From positions 64,001 through 128,000 of the forward strand of contig CAXXWC010000015.1 in assembly GCA_963668645.2 (NCBI GenBank): a DNA stretch of 64,000 nt. The letters are read 5' to 3'. This document shows, one piece after another, positions 20,660 through 29,149 of the stretch. How positions within the stretch are numbered: the first letter of the stretch is position 1; each line of letters starts with the position of its first letter. This stretch comes from Desulfobacterales bacterium. GTDB lineage: Bacteria > Desulfobacterota > Desulfobacteria > Desulfobacterales > UBA2174. The translations under genes and the position numbers were made by a program. The notes under the pieces are model-generated. The model did no database searches. It worked only from the letters and a program-made list of their open reading frames with translations, and was not told where the DNA came from.

Positions 20660-20691
20660 GCTTTCCTGGGGTCGTGGCTTTCCTGGGGTCG
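20660..20691. repeat. Tandem 15-bp direct repeat GCTTTCCTGGGGTCG x2 just downstream of the RAYT gene
   Basis: gctttcctggggtcg tg gctttcctggggtcg. Confidence 0.7.
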
Positions 20692-20825
20692 CACCAAACT
20701 AACATTTTGTTATTACAAATTAAAGCTTCCCAATACGTGGGAGAAATGGCCCTATATGGCGGTGGTCCCCAAAAACTGGACAATGGTGTAAGCTCTAAGT
20801 CAGACCGAAAAAGGAGGATCTGACT

Positions 20826-21107
20826 ATGAGTACCAAACGTCGACAGTACAAACCCGAATTCAAGGCCAAGGTCGCCTTGGCTGCCTTACGCAATGAGCAA
20901 ACACTGGCTGAGCTGGCCAAACGCTTCGATATCCACCCGACCATGATCAGCACCTGGAAAAGGGAGCTGCTCGACGGGGCCGCCGACATCTTCGAGAAGG
21001 GGCGCAGAGGCAAGCAGGTCACTGATGTCCAGGTCGGCGAACTGTACCGCCAGATCGGCCAGCTTAAGGTGGAAAACGATTTTTTATCACGCAAGCTCGG
21101 CTCCTGA
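20826..21107 (+). CDS. IS3 transposase OrfA
   Basis: RRQYKPEFKAKVAL HTH; ends with slippery T TTT TTA at 21080-21086. Confidence 0.9.
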   Translation: MSTKRRQYKPEFKAKVALAALRNEQTLAELAKRFDIHPTMISTWKRELLDGAADIFEKGRRGKQVTDVQVGELYRQIGQLKVENDFLSRKLGS

Positions 21108-21127
21108 AGCGCGACCTGCGCCGTGAT

Positions 21128-21964
21128 ATGATCGATCCATCTCACGAGAAGCTGAGCATCGTACGCCAATGTGACATGCTGAACATTTGCCGTTCCTCAT
21201 TTTACTACAAATGCAAGCCGATCAAGCCCGAGGACCTGGCGCTGATGCGCCTGATTGACGAACAGTTCCTCAAGACACCGACCTGGGGCAGCCGCAAGAT
21301 GGCCGATTGGCTCTGGCGGCATCATGGCATGAAAAAGAATCGCAAGCGGATCCAGCGCCTGATGCGACTGATGGGCCTTAAGGCGATCTACCCGCGGCCA
21401 CGAACCACACAGCCTCATCCCGGGCATAAAGTCTATCCGTACCTGCTGCGAGGTGTGGCCATCGAGCGGCCCAACCAAGTGTGGTCGGCCGATATCACCT
21501 ACATCCCGATGCGCCGGGGCTATATGTATCTTGTGGCCATCATTGACTGGTACAGCCGAAAGACGCTGTCCTGGCGCGTGTCGAATACGATGGAGGCCGA
21601 CTTTTGCGTCGAGGCCCTGGAAGAGGCCCTGGCGCGCTATGGCAAACCACAGATTTTCAACACCGACCAGGGAGCCCAGTTTACCAGCACGATCTTTACT
21701 GAGCGGCTCAAGGACCACCAGGTGGCCATCTCCATGGACGGCCGGGGCCGCTGCCAGGATAACATCTTTATTGAACGACTGTGGTGGACACTGAAATACG
21801 ACTACATCTACCTACACGCTTTTGACAACGGAAACGAACTTCGCCGGGGGCTCGATAAGTGGTTCTCGTTTTACAACCAGGAGCGCCCTCATCAAAAACT
21901 TGACGGCAGAACACCGGATGATGTTTATTACGGTTTGCCTGCCACCATGGCTGAGGCTGCCTGA
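21128..21964 (+). CDS. IS3 transposase OrfB (DDE/rve), -1 frame relative to OrfA
   Basis: WSADITY, NTDQG, DNIFIER; the -1 frame is open from the slippery site. Confidence 0.92.
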   Translation: MIDPSHEKLSIVRQCDMLNICRSSFYYKCKPIKPEDLALMRLIDEQFLKTPTWGSRKMADWLWRHHGMKKNRKRIQRLMRLMGLKAIYPRPRTTQPHPGHKVYPYLLRGVAIERPNQVWSADITYIPMRRGYMYLVAIIDWYSRKTLSWRVSNTMEADFCVEALEEALARYGKPQIFNTDQGAQFTSTIFTERLKDHQVAISMDGRGRCQDNIFIERLWWTLKYDYIYLHAFDNGNELRRGLDKWFSFYNQERPHQKLDGRTPDDVYYGLPATMAEAA

Positions 21965-22035
21965 TGCCCGGATACCAGAACCGGCTTGGAGCTTATTCTA
22001 CCAACCAGGCTGTCCAAATAATTGGGTCCACCGCC

Positions 22036-22786
22036 TATCGCTATTTTTACCCTCGGAAATCGTATTATATGGATTCACGACTTCTCTGAGTTCATATCCA
22101 GCATCGCTTGATCGAACACGGCGGCCGCGCGCCGATGCATGCATTTGCTGTTTAATCGATGTCAAAAAGTTTTCACTGCCGACCGCAATAGATTCTGTCC
22201 ATCGTGATTCCCTAACGCTGGACAATTGGGTAACAGCCGCTTCCACCCAGCCGTAATGAGCCTCCTGAAAGCTGGCAAAATCTTTGAAACCAGCGAGTCG
22301 AAACAGCTTCTCGTAATCGATGAGGATATTTTTCCGGCGGGGTAATTGTATCTCAATGTAACCGCCGTGTTTCCAGTCTTTGGGATGGGCAACAACTCCA
22401 GCGCGAACCATATTCATGTCTACATAGACAATACACTGAAGAAGGTGCTCACCCCTTTCGACTATTGTCGCATGATATCGATCTTCCCAATAGGCACCCT
22501 TCCTGCCTTTTCGTTGGTTGTATTCTTGGCCTGTTCTTCCCGCTACAAGTTGAATTGAACTTGGAATCGTCTGATCGCCACGATGATCATAGAGAATCAA
22601 ATGAATATGATTGGACGTCACCGTGTAGTTGAGAATCACCAGCCCATACCGTTTTCGCGCTTGATACAGCCACTGCAACCAACGATGCCGATCCCGGCCC
22701 AACTTGAGCAAGAATTCCCGTTTGTGACATCTATGGGTCACGTGCCAGATATGACCTGGAACGAAATGTCGATGAGCCCTGGCCAC
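22036..22786 (-). CDS. REP-associated tyrosine (HUH/Y1) transposase, 3' end interrupted by IS3
   Basis: MARAHR, HVTHR, NHIHL (HUH), WEDRY, YVDMNMVRAG; remaining codons at 20720-20754. Confidence 0.85.
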
Positions 22787-22869
22787 TTCAATCTCCTATA
22801 TGGACGATTTCGCTTTCAAAAAACGCAATATAGCCCGATTTTTGGACCATTATTATCAGCTTATATTTT

Positions 22870-22930
22870 TCTTATCGGTGCGGTGAGCAGCGGCAGCTTT
22901 TATGCCGTCTGCTCAACTGCTTGGTTGGGC
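22870..22930 (-). other. attC site of cassette 2 (R' box reads GAT instead of GTT)
   Basis: GCCCAAC caagc agtTGAGCAG aCGGCA..TGCCG CTGCTCA ccgcacc GATAAGA; R'' is complementary to GTTGGGC at the cassette start. Confidence 0.85.
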
Positions 22931-23995
22931 CTCTTTCTTGGGATAGATATCTCTAAATATAGCTAAAGGATAAATAGAAACATTCGGATATCTGTCAAAT
23001 TTTATAAATTTTTCAAGTCCATCGAACCCCCTAAAAAGGCCTCTAAATGCTGATTCGAATCCCATTGGATCGTCTTGTTCATCTTCAGGTGTATGTTCTT
23101 CAAATTCTTTCATAGGATCGAATGGATGTTCACTTTTAGGAGGAATTGATGTTATCAAACCAAAAAGGGTAAGTTTTACATTAGGCCTTGATGTGTATGC
23201 AAAATCAGTAAAGCGTGAATCTCCATCAACGAAGCTATTCCTCTTTAAAGTTGCTTTTAGATGAAAACTTTCAAAATCGTCAAATGGATAAATATGGAAG
23301 TAAATGACATCTTGTATAAAAGTGTCCACCCAATGAGAGAAGCCATCAATTATCCACTGGTCCACTTTTCCTCCTAAAGAATCTTCAAGCTGACCTTCTA
23401 TAAGTTTTTCTAAATCCTTGATTTGTGATTTCGTCCTTGCCTTTTGATTTCGGTCTTTCTCTTTTTTCATTTTATTTTTTGCATCTTCTATTTGAATCTG
23501 AAGCTCCTTGTACTCAGGACTATCTTTTATTGTTGATTTAGCACTATGCCTTATGAAATCCATTAGGGTATTATGCCGCTGCGCTACCACCTTCATCTTT
23601 TCATAATCTTCAAAGATCGGCCAACCAGTGCATCGAACATAAAAAGACTCATTAAATATTTTATTGGCCTCACCAGATTCTATCTCCTTCACGCTTATAG
23701 AATCGTTTATGTCAATGGCATAACCAGTTTCGAAAAGAAGCTGTTCAACTCTGTTAAACAGGTCATGATGCATCACCCTAGATTCTACCATTTTAGAACT
23801 TTTCTTTTCAGCTCCACCAAACTCTGGAGTAAATATTTTTAAATCATATTTTCTGATATTTCGCTGGTCCTTTTCACTACCGGTTTCCACTTCAGTGCCA
23901 GTAACTAATCCACCGGTTAATTGGCTAAAAATGGACGCAACTTTAGGAAGATCTAAATATAAATAGTCTCTAATATGTTCCATGTTATTTTCCAT
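22913..23995 (-). CDS. Integron cassette 2: hypothetical protein (DUF6414-like N-terminus, central coiled coil)
   Basis: AT-rich 360-aa ORF between two attC sites; DYLYLD...SQL..GL start; family recalled from memory, not searched. Confidence 0.7.
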   Translation of the reverse strand: MENNMEHIRDYLYLDLPKVASIFSQLTGGLVTGTEVETGSEKDQRNIRKYDLKIFTPEFGGAEKKSSKMVESRVMHHDLFNRVEQLLFETGYAIDINDSISVKEIESGEANKIFNESFYVRCTGWPIFEDYEKMKVVAQRHNTLMDFIRHSAKSTIKDSPEYKELQIQIEDAKNKMKKEKDRNQKARTKSQIKDLEKLIEGQLEDSLGGKVDQWIIDGFSHWVDTFIQDVIYFHIYPFDDFESFHLKATLKRNSFVDGDSRFTDFAYTSRPNVKLTLFGLITSIPPKSEHPFDPMKEFEEHTPEDEQDDPMGFESAFRGLFRGFDGLEKFIKFDRYPNVSIYPLAIFRDIYPKKEAQPSS

Positions 23996-24003
23996 TTTTT
24001 ATG

Positions 24004-24088
24004 GCCCAACGCCAAGCTAAGCGGCGCAAAGGGTGGAGCGACCGCAGGGAGCGGAACCCTTTGCGTCCGCTTGAGCGACGGGTTATGT
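24004..24088 (-). other. attC site of cassette 1
   Basis: ACATAAC...AAGCGGACGCAAAGGG...CCCTTTGCGCCGCTT...GTTGGGC; long imperfect hairpin with extrahelical bases. Confidence 0.92.
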
Positions 24089-24130
24089 GGCTTCACCCGT
24101 ATCTTCAATTTTTTATCGGTCTTCAGACTT

Positions 24131-25156
24131 TTATGTGTTCTCATTCATTCCAATTGACAGCGGTAATTGATCGCCCGGTTTAGGAAATGCTACTTTCATA
24201 TGGTCATTGAATGTTTTCCAGTCGGGCGAAATTCTCATAATAGCGACTAATTGCAGCAAGTGATCCCTTAAATCTTGCTGACCAATATCCTCGGACAGAA
24301 ACTGGTGATGCTTCCACTTTCTTCTACCAGTGCCTTCGACAGTTGGATTGCGATCTTGTAATTCTTCGAGCACACCTTGTGGCAGCCTTTCATATACAAT
24401 TTTATTTGTAATTTTGCCGACCATTGGAGTTCTCTTGCCGCTATTCGGCCATTCCCAGTTTTTTAAACGATAAATTTCTTTATAAAATTCATCGGGAAAT
24501 CTTTTTGCCCATTTCAAGCGTTCTTCCGAAAGATATACAGCCAGCAACTTATGCAGCTCGTCTCTATCTCTTTCGGCTTGGTATCCAGTTGCCTCATCAA
24601 CAAGGGCAACAACACCGACATGGGCGAGCCCGCGCATTAAAATTTCAGCGTTTTGTGCGCGATTTAATTGTTGCTGCTGTAACATTCCAGCCTCGCGAGC
24701 TTTAAGCCAGATATCGCAAATCGTAGGGAGTATTTCAGCTGCATATCCGGTAACGGTCAGCCTGCCGCTCTTATACTTAATAGGTTTAAGGGGCCCATCA
24801 ACTAACTCCCTTTTAATAAAGGAAGAAAGCCGACTAGGTGCAAGAAAAATAGGCAAAGGGGCCCCATCTGTATCAGAAGCTTTTTTGATTCTTTTGGATG
24901 CGCCGCTCCTTGATCCAAGGGCAGTATTGATTCCGTTTTCAGTGATAACCCTAGTGCCATTGTCTAACACCGCACAAGGAATAACAATATCACCGATTCG
25001 TAGCTCCCCTTTGTGTGTTGCTTTTGGTATTGGTGATTCATATTCCATGGCCCACCGTTTTTTTGCAGCGTTTGAAGCTATCGACGCCCTTTCTTCTTTG
25101 GACAATTTTTTTGCGCGTTCTTTTCCACCAATTGATTGTTTCGTTTTCTGCTCCAT
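24131..25156 (-). CDS. Integron cassette 1: P63C-domain protein
   Basis: GGAGG RBS; GGKERAKKLS...AAKKRW, IPCAVL, ALVDEATGYQ, W.KRFPDEFY, HHQFLS motifs. Confidence 0.82.
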   Translation of the reverse strand: MEQKTKQSIGGKERAKKLSKEERASIASNAAKKRWAMEYESPIPKATHKGELRIGDIVIPCAVLDNGTRVITENGINTALGSRSGASKRIKKASDTDGAPLPIFLAPSRLSSFIKRELVDGPLKPIKYKSGRLTVTGYAAEILPTICDIWLKAREAGMLQQQQLNRAQNAEILMRGLAHVGVVALVDEATGYQAERDRDELHKLLAVYLSEERLKWAKRFPDEFYKEIYRLKNWEWPNSGKRTPMVGKITNKIVYERLPQGVLEELQDRNPTVEGTGRRKWKHHQFLSEDIGQQDLRDHLLQLVAIMRISPDWKTFNDHMKVAFPKPGDQLPLSIGMNENT

Positions 25157-25194
25157 AATAACCTCCATTTTAGTAAGCATGTCATTACAGAGCT

Positions 25195-25226
25195 AATATA
25201 TATGCTTGCATGTGATCTTGCAAGCA
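25195..25226 (-). promoter_or_regulatory. Cassette-internal sigma70 promoter with overlapping palindromic operator
   Basis: TTGCAA-17 nt-TATATT on the minus strand; TGCTTGCA-N8-TGCAAGCA at 25203-25226. Confidence 0.65.
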
Positions 25227-25271
25227 CTTTTTTTAATCATAAATAATCATGCTTTCTTAGATGGGCGCAAC

Positions 25272-25290
25272 ACATAACAGTTGTAATAGA
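25272..25290 (-). other. attI core site
   Basis: TCTATTA-caact-G^TTATGT; GTTATGTG is the exact complement of the attC1 R'' end CACATAAC; located upstream of intI. Confidence 0.8.
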
Positions 25291-25431
25291 TGGAAAATTT
25301 TGCTTGCTATTGCCCCTATAGTATGCTAATTTTTCCAGCTAACAATACCATTGCTGGGTAAAACATGGAAAAATTCGCTTAAAATTTTCCATGTTTTGAA
25401 TTTCCTCGTTTCCTGATATTAAGTGTAAAAG

Positions 25432-26430
25432 ATGGAAAATAAGCCCCGATTTACTCCTGACCCCGACCTTAAACTCATGGACCAGGTACGGCAGGTCCTG
25501 CGCTACTACCACTACGCCTACCGCACCGAAAAGACTTACTGCGATTGGATTCTGCGTTTTGTCAAATATCACGGCTCAAAAATCCATCCCAAGGACATGG
25601 GCAAGAACCATGTCGAAGCATTCTTGAGTCATCTGGCCACCAAGGAACGGGTAGCAGCCGCAACCCAGCGCCAGGCGCTTAATGCCATTGTCTTTTTATA
25701 TCGGGACGTTTTGCTAAAACCGATCGAGGGCCAAATTGCCCCGATTCGGTCCAAACGCCATCCTCACGTACCGGTGGTCATGACCCAAGCCGAGGTCAAA
25801 CGCGTGCTTTCTTTTATGAGCCGCACCCACCTGCTCATGGCCAAGTTGCTTTACGGCAGCGGATTACGGCTTATGGAATGCGTTCGGCTTAGGGTTCAAG
25901 ACCTTGATTTTGACAAGGGCATCATCTACGTGCGTCATGCAAAAGGTGGAAAGGACCGAGTTTCACTCTTCCCCAAAGTTTTGCACGTTGAACTACAAAA
26001 CCATTTGCAAAGAGTCAAAGAACTCCATTCTCAGGATCTTGTGACCGGTCACGGCGAGGTTTACCTGCCCGATGCCCTATCCCGCAAATACCCTAAGGCC
26101 GGGAAAGAATTTCGCTGGCAATATGTTTTTCCCTCCAAAAATCTCTCTACCGATCCGTATACCGGGGTGTTGCGCCGCCACCATGTTATGGAATCCGGCC
26201 TCCAAAAGGCGGTCAAAATCGCAGTGGAACGGGCTGGCATCACAAAACGGGTCAGTTGCCACACCTTTCGGCACTGCTTTGCCACCCATCTGCTGGAAAA
26301 CGGTGTCAACATCCGGCAGGTCCAGGAATTGATGGGCCATTCGGACGTGAAAACCACCGAAATTTACACTCACGTGATGGACACTAACTTGGCAGCCGTT
26401 GCAAGTCCTCTTGATAACGGAGGATTTTAA
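25432..26430 (+). CDS. intI: Integron integrase
   Basis: GLRLME, KGGKDR, HTFRH, MGH, TTEIY, plus the IntI-specific insertion [12 protein letters not shown]...WQYVFPS; divergent from the cassettes. Confidence 0.95.
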   Translation: MENKPRFTPDPDLKLMDQVRQVLRYYHYAYRTEKTYCDWILRFVKYHGSKIHPKDMGKNHVEAFLSHLATKERVAAATQRQALNAIVFLYRDVLLKPIEGQIAPIRSKRHPHVPVVMTQAEVKRVLSFMSRTHLLMAKLLYGSGLRLMECVRLRVQDLDFDKGIIYVRHAKGGKDRVSLFPKVLHVELQNHLQRVKELHSQDLVTGHGEVYLPDALSRKYPKAGKEFRWQYVFPSKNLSTDPYTGVLRRHHVMESGLQKAVKIAVERAGITKRVSCHTFRHCFATHLLENGVNIRQVQELMGHSDVKTTEIYTHVMDTNLAAVASPLDNGGF

Positions 26431-26625
26431 TCGCGCTGCACCGGCCAATCAAATGATCCACCAGCGATTAAGCCGCTTTTCCCAAGAATCAGCATGGGCG
26501 ATTCCGTTTGCCGCAGCGTTCTTACTATCGCGAAGTTAAGCGACTTTTAAACAACGCTCCTACTGACGGCCAGCGAAGGGGACCGGAACTCCCACGGCAA
26601 GACGGGATTGATATCTTTGATTACC

Positions 26626-26744
26626 TCGTAAAAAGTCCCATTTGCCTTTCGTACGTCATTCCTGCGAAAGCAGGAATCCAGTAATTACATAGGCTTTTGG
26701 ATGCCGGATCAAGTCCGGCATGACGGTTTCTGGACTTTTTACGA
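26626..26744. repeat. Composite REPIN/MITE-like element
   Basis: Perfect outer IR TCGTAAAAAGTCC / GGACTTTTTACGA enclosing two inverted CGTCAT-hairpin-ATCCA units (26654-26680, 26698-26725). Confidence 0.8.
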
Positions 26745-26904
26745 AAACATCATCTTTTGCCAGCCAAAACGGCAATACCATACAAAAAATATGAACATGC
26801 CTCAACAACAAAATATAGCGAATCGACAAATTAAGAAAGTTTATTGAAAAAGCTAAAAATCCTATCGCCCAACTACGGGATTCGAACGGAGAGGCAATTT
26901 CCCT

Positions 26905-27981
26905 TTACGCCTCTTCAATACAGCCGCCGGGGACATCGCCAAGCGTGGCGAACCGCCAGGGCTTGAGGCGGGCGTGGCGCTGCCACAGTGCCCGGCAGGC
27001 GGCATCGAGGGGTTGCACGGTGCTCAGAACATCAACAAAGTCGTCCGGGAGCCCCTCGTTGTCGATTTCCCAACGCCCTGCCATCCAGTGAGCCGCATCG
27101 AGCAAATCGAGCAGGTTGCCTCGGAAGACGCCCGCTGCGTAGGCGCCTACCGATCGCACCAGAAAACCCGGACCCAGGGTCCGCCCGCAGACCTTGATGA
27201 TGTCGGCCGATTGGCCGTAGCGTCCTGTGTCTTCAGGCCGTATGAAGGGCGAGGCGAAGATTCGGTGCGGTTCCCGCTCCAGGACCCGGATGCAGGCCAG
27301 GTCGCGGTTGAGGCGGTGGGTGTCGACGCCCATGCCGAGGTTGGCCGCCGCAATGAGGGCTTCATGGGTGGACCGGTAGGGGCAGTGTGGAAGGCAGCCC
27401 TCATTGGCCAGCAGTTCGATCTTCATTGTTGGCCAGCGCCGGCGGATCTCCCGGCTGATGACCGCAAGGGTCCCGGGGCGGCGGTTGAGGCTGCGGTCCA
27501 GCGGAATCTTTCCCGGCTCCCGGAAACCGCTGGCGGAGATCATCTCCAGCAAGGATTCCAGTTTGCCCACGCTGTCGATGCCGAAGTTGATGCTCGGCAC
27601 GGCTTCCAGGCGGCCGGCCAGCTCCGGTGCGGCATCGGCCAGTGCGGTGAGCAGGTAGCTGTCGGCGAAGATGATGCCGTCAAGGAGGCCGGCGCCGGAA
27701 AGTTGTTCCAGCCCTTCGATGATCCGGCGCATCGATTTTTCGCCGCGGTACAGGTCGGCCGGCTGAAAACGGCCGTTGGCGAGGAGATATTTCTTCGGGC
27801 CAGGCAGGCGATCGAGATGCACGGCCAGGTCCTGCGGCGATAGGCGGCGCAGCCGCACGCGCGCATCGCACAGAGACGGATCGTACAGCCCGAAGTGAAC
27901 GGCGTGGATCTGCGACCCCAGCTTTTCCAGAAAGCGCACGTAGGAGGCATCGGGCAGAAAGGGGACGTCAAGGGGCAGCAT
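26905..27981 (-). CDS. Peptidase U32-like (probable Fe-S) protein
   Basis: LDRSLNR, ELLANEGCLPHCPYR, FIRPED, KVCGR motifs. Confidence 0.7.
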   Translation of the reverse strand: MLPLDVPFLPDASYVRFLEKLGSQIHAVHFGLYDPSLCDARVRLRRLSPQDLAVHLDRLPGPKKYLLANGRFQPADLYRGEKSMRRIIEGLEQLSGAGLLDGIIFADSYLLTALADAAPELAGRLEAVPSINFGIDSVGKLESLLEMISASGFREPGKIPLDRSLNRRPGTLAVISREIRRRWPTMKIELLANEGCLPHCPYRSTHEALIAAANLGMGVDTHRLNRDLACIRVLEREPHRIFASPFIRPEDTGRYGQSADIIKVCGRTLGPGFLVRSVGAYAAGVFRGNLLDLLDAAHWMAGRWEIDNEGLPDDFVDVLSTVQPLDAACRALWQRHARLKPWRFATLGDVPGGCIEEA

Positions 27982-28096
27982 GGCGATTTCTACCTCCCGG
28001 GCCGCTTCATCGCTGAAACGGCTGCATCTTTAGTAATTCAGCTTCACCCACAAATCCGCCGAGGTGCCAAAGTAGCGCCCTATCCGCTCCTGCCGC

Positions 28097-29101
28097 TTAC
28101 TCCCCAACAAGGCAGCGTTGCAGCCGCGGCATGATTTCGTCCGACTCGACGCCCCAGCCGATGAACGCCAGGCGAGTGCCCTGCTCGCCGTCCCAGTCCT
28201 TGAAGGCGGCCTGCCCGCCGACGTAATTCAGCAGCACGGTCTTGTCCGCGTAGCGCACCGGTCCCTTGATTCGAAAAAGGGCAAACGGAACCTGCGCCAG
28301 AAACTGCTCAAAACAATCCACATTGAAAGGCTGCTCGCTCTCGAAGGAGAAAGCTTTGAACCCGGCCTCCTCGGCAACGACCCCGCCGCCTGCAGCAACC
28401 GCACCACCCCCACCCGTTGAGGCCGTATCGGCCTGGGGCCGCAGCTGGTAAAACCGCATCGGCATAATACCGAACACCTTGGGTTTGGGCTTTAGCCAAA
28501 GCGCCTCGGGATCGATCCGGCAGTGTTGCGTGGGAACGACCTGGCAGTTGGGGATCGACTCATGCAGCTCCTGCAGATATTGCGGAATCTGATCCTCGTC
28601 CAGCAGGTCGATCTTGTTGAGCAAAATAAGGTGGGCCGCCTCCAACTGATTATGGAACAGCGGGCCGAAGGCTTCCCGGGCCTCCCAGAAATCGGCGTCC
28701 AAGACAGTCACGATTTTTTCCAGCACCATTATTTCACGCAACTGTTCCTGGTTTAGAACCTCACGAACAGCGGCGGGATCCGCCACACCCGAGGATTCGA
28801 TAAAGATCCGGCGCGGGTGAAAGCGATCCCATAGATCACGTAAACACAGCGTCAAACCGGTCTTTAAGGTGCAACAGATACAACCGCTGGTCATCTCGAT
28901 AACATCGGTTGCAGCATCCTTCAGCAGGGCGCCGTCAATGCCCACCTCACCGAATTCATTGACGATCACCACCGTATCGGAGAGGTCGGTGTGCCACGAC
29001 AGGATCTCCTTTAACAGGGTGGTTTTGCCGGCGCCCAGAAATCCGGACAGTAAAATTACATGGGCCTGATCGTCGGGTGTGGTGTCCTCAGGGGACGTCA
29101 T
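28097..29101 (-). CDS. CobW/COG0523 GTPase metallochaperone
   Basis: SGFLGAGKTT, VNEFGE, GCICC, ESSG, NKID, RIKG motifs. Confidence 0.92.
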   Translation of the reverse strand: MTSPEDTTPDDQAHVILLSGFLGAGKTTLLKEILSWHTDLSDTVVIVNEFGEVGIDGALLKDAATDVIEMTSGCICCTLKTGLTLCLRDLWDRFHPRRIFIESSGVADPAAVREVLNQEQLREIMVLEKIVTVLDADFWEAREAFGPLFHNQLEAAHLILLNKIDLLDEDQIPQYLQELHESIPNCQVVPTQHCRIDPEALWLKPKPKVFGIMPMRFYQLRPQADTASTGGGGAVAAGGGVVAEEAGFKAFSFESEQPFNVDCFEQFLAQVPFALFRIKGPVRYADKTVLLNYVGGQAAFKDWDGEQGTRLAFIGWGVESDEIMPRLQRCLVGE

Positions 29102-29149
29102 CGGTTCTCTCCTTCTTTGATGCGGTTCAAAAAGCGAGGCAAAAAACCG

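Larger units (their letters stand above)
20758..22035 (+). mobile_element. IS3-family insertion sequence, 1278 bp
   Basis: 25-bp imperfect IRs (GGCGGTGGtCCCcAaaAacTGGACA versus reverse complement of 22011-22035); TAT direct repeats at 20755-20757 and 22036-22038; orfA/orfB inside. Confidence 0.92.

Noticed and set aside
20697..20715. TAAC-aaaat-GTTA resembling an att simple site after the RAYT gene
   Set aside because: No attC hairpin; short AT-rich match expected by chance.
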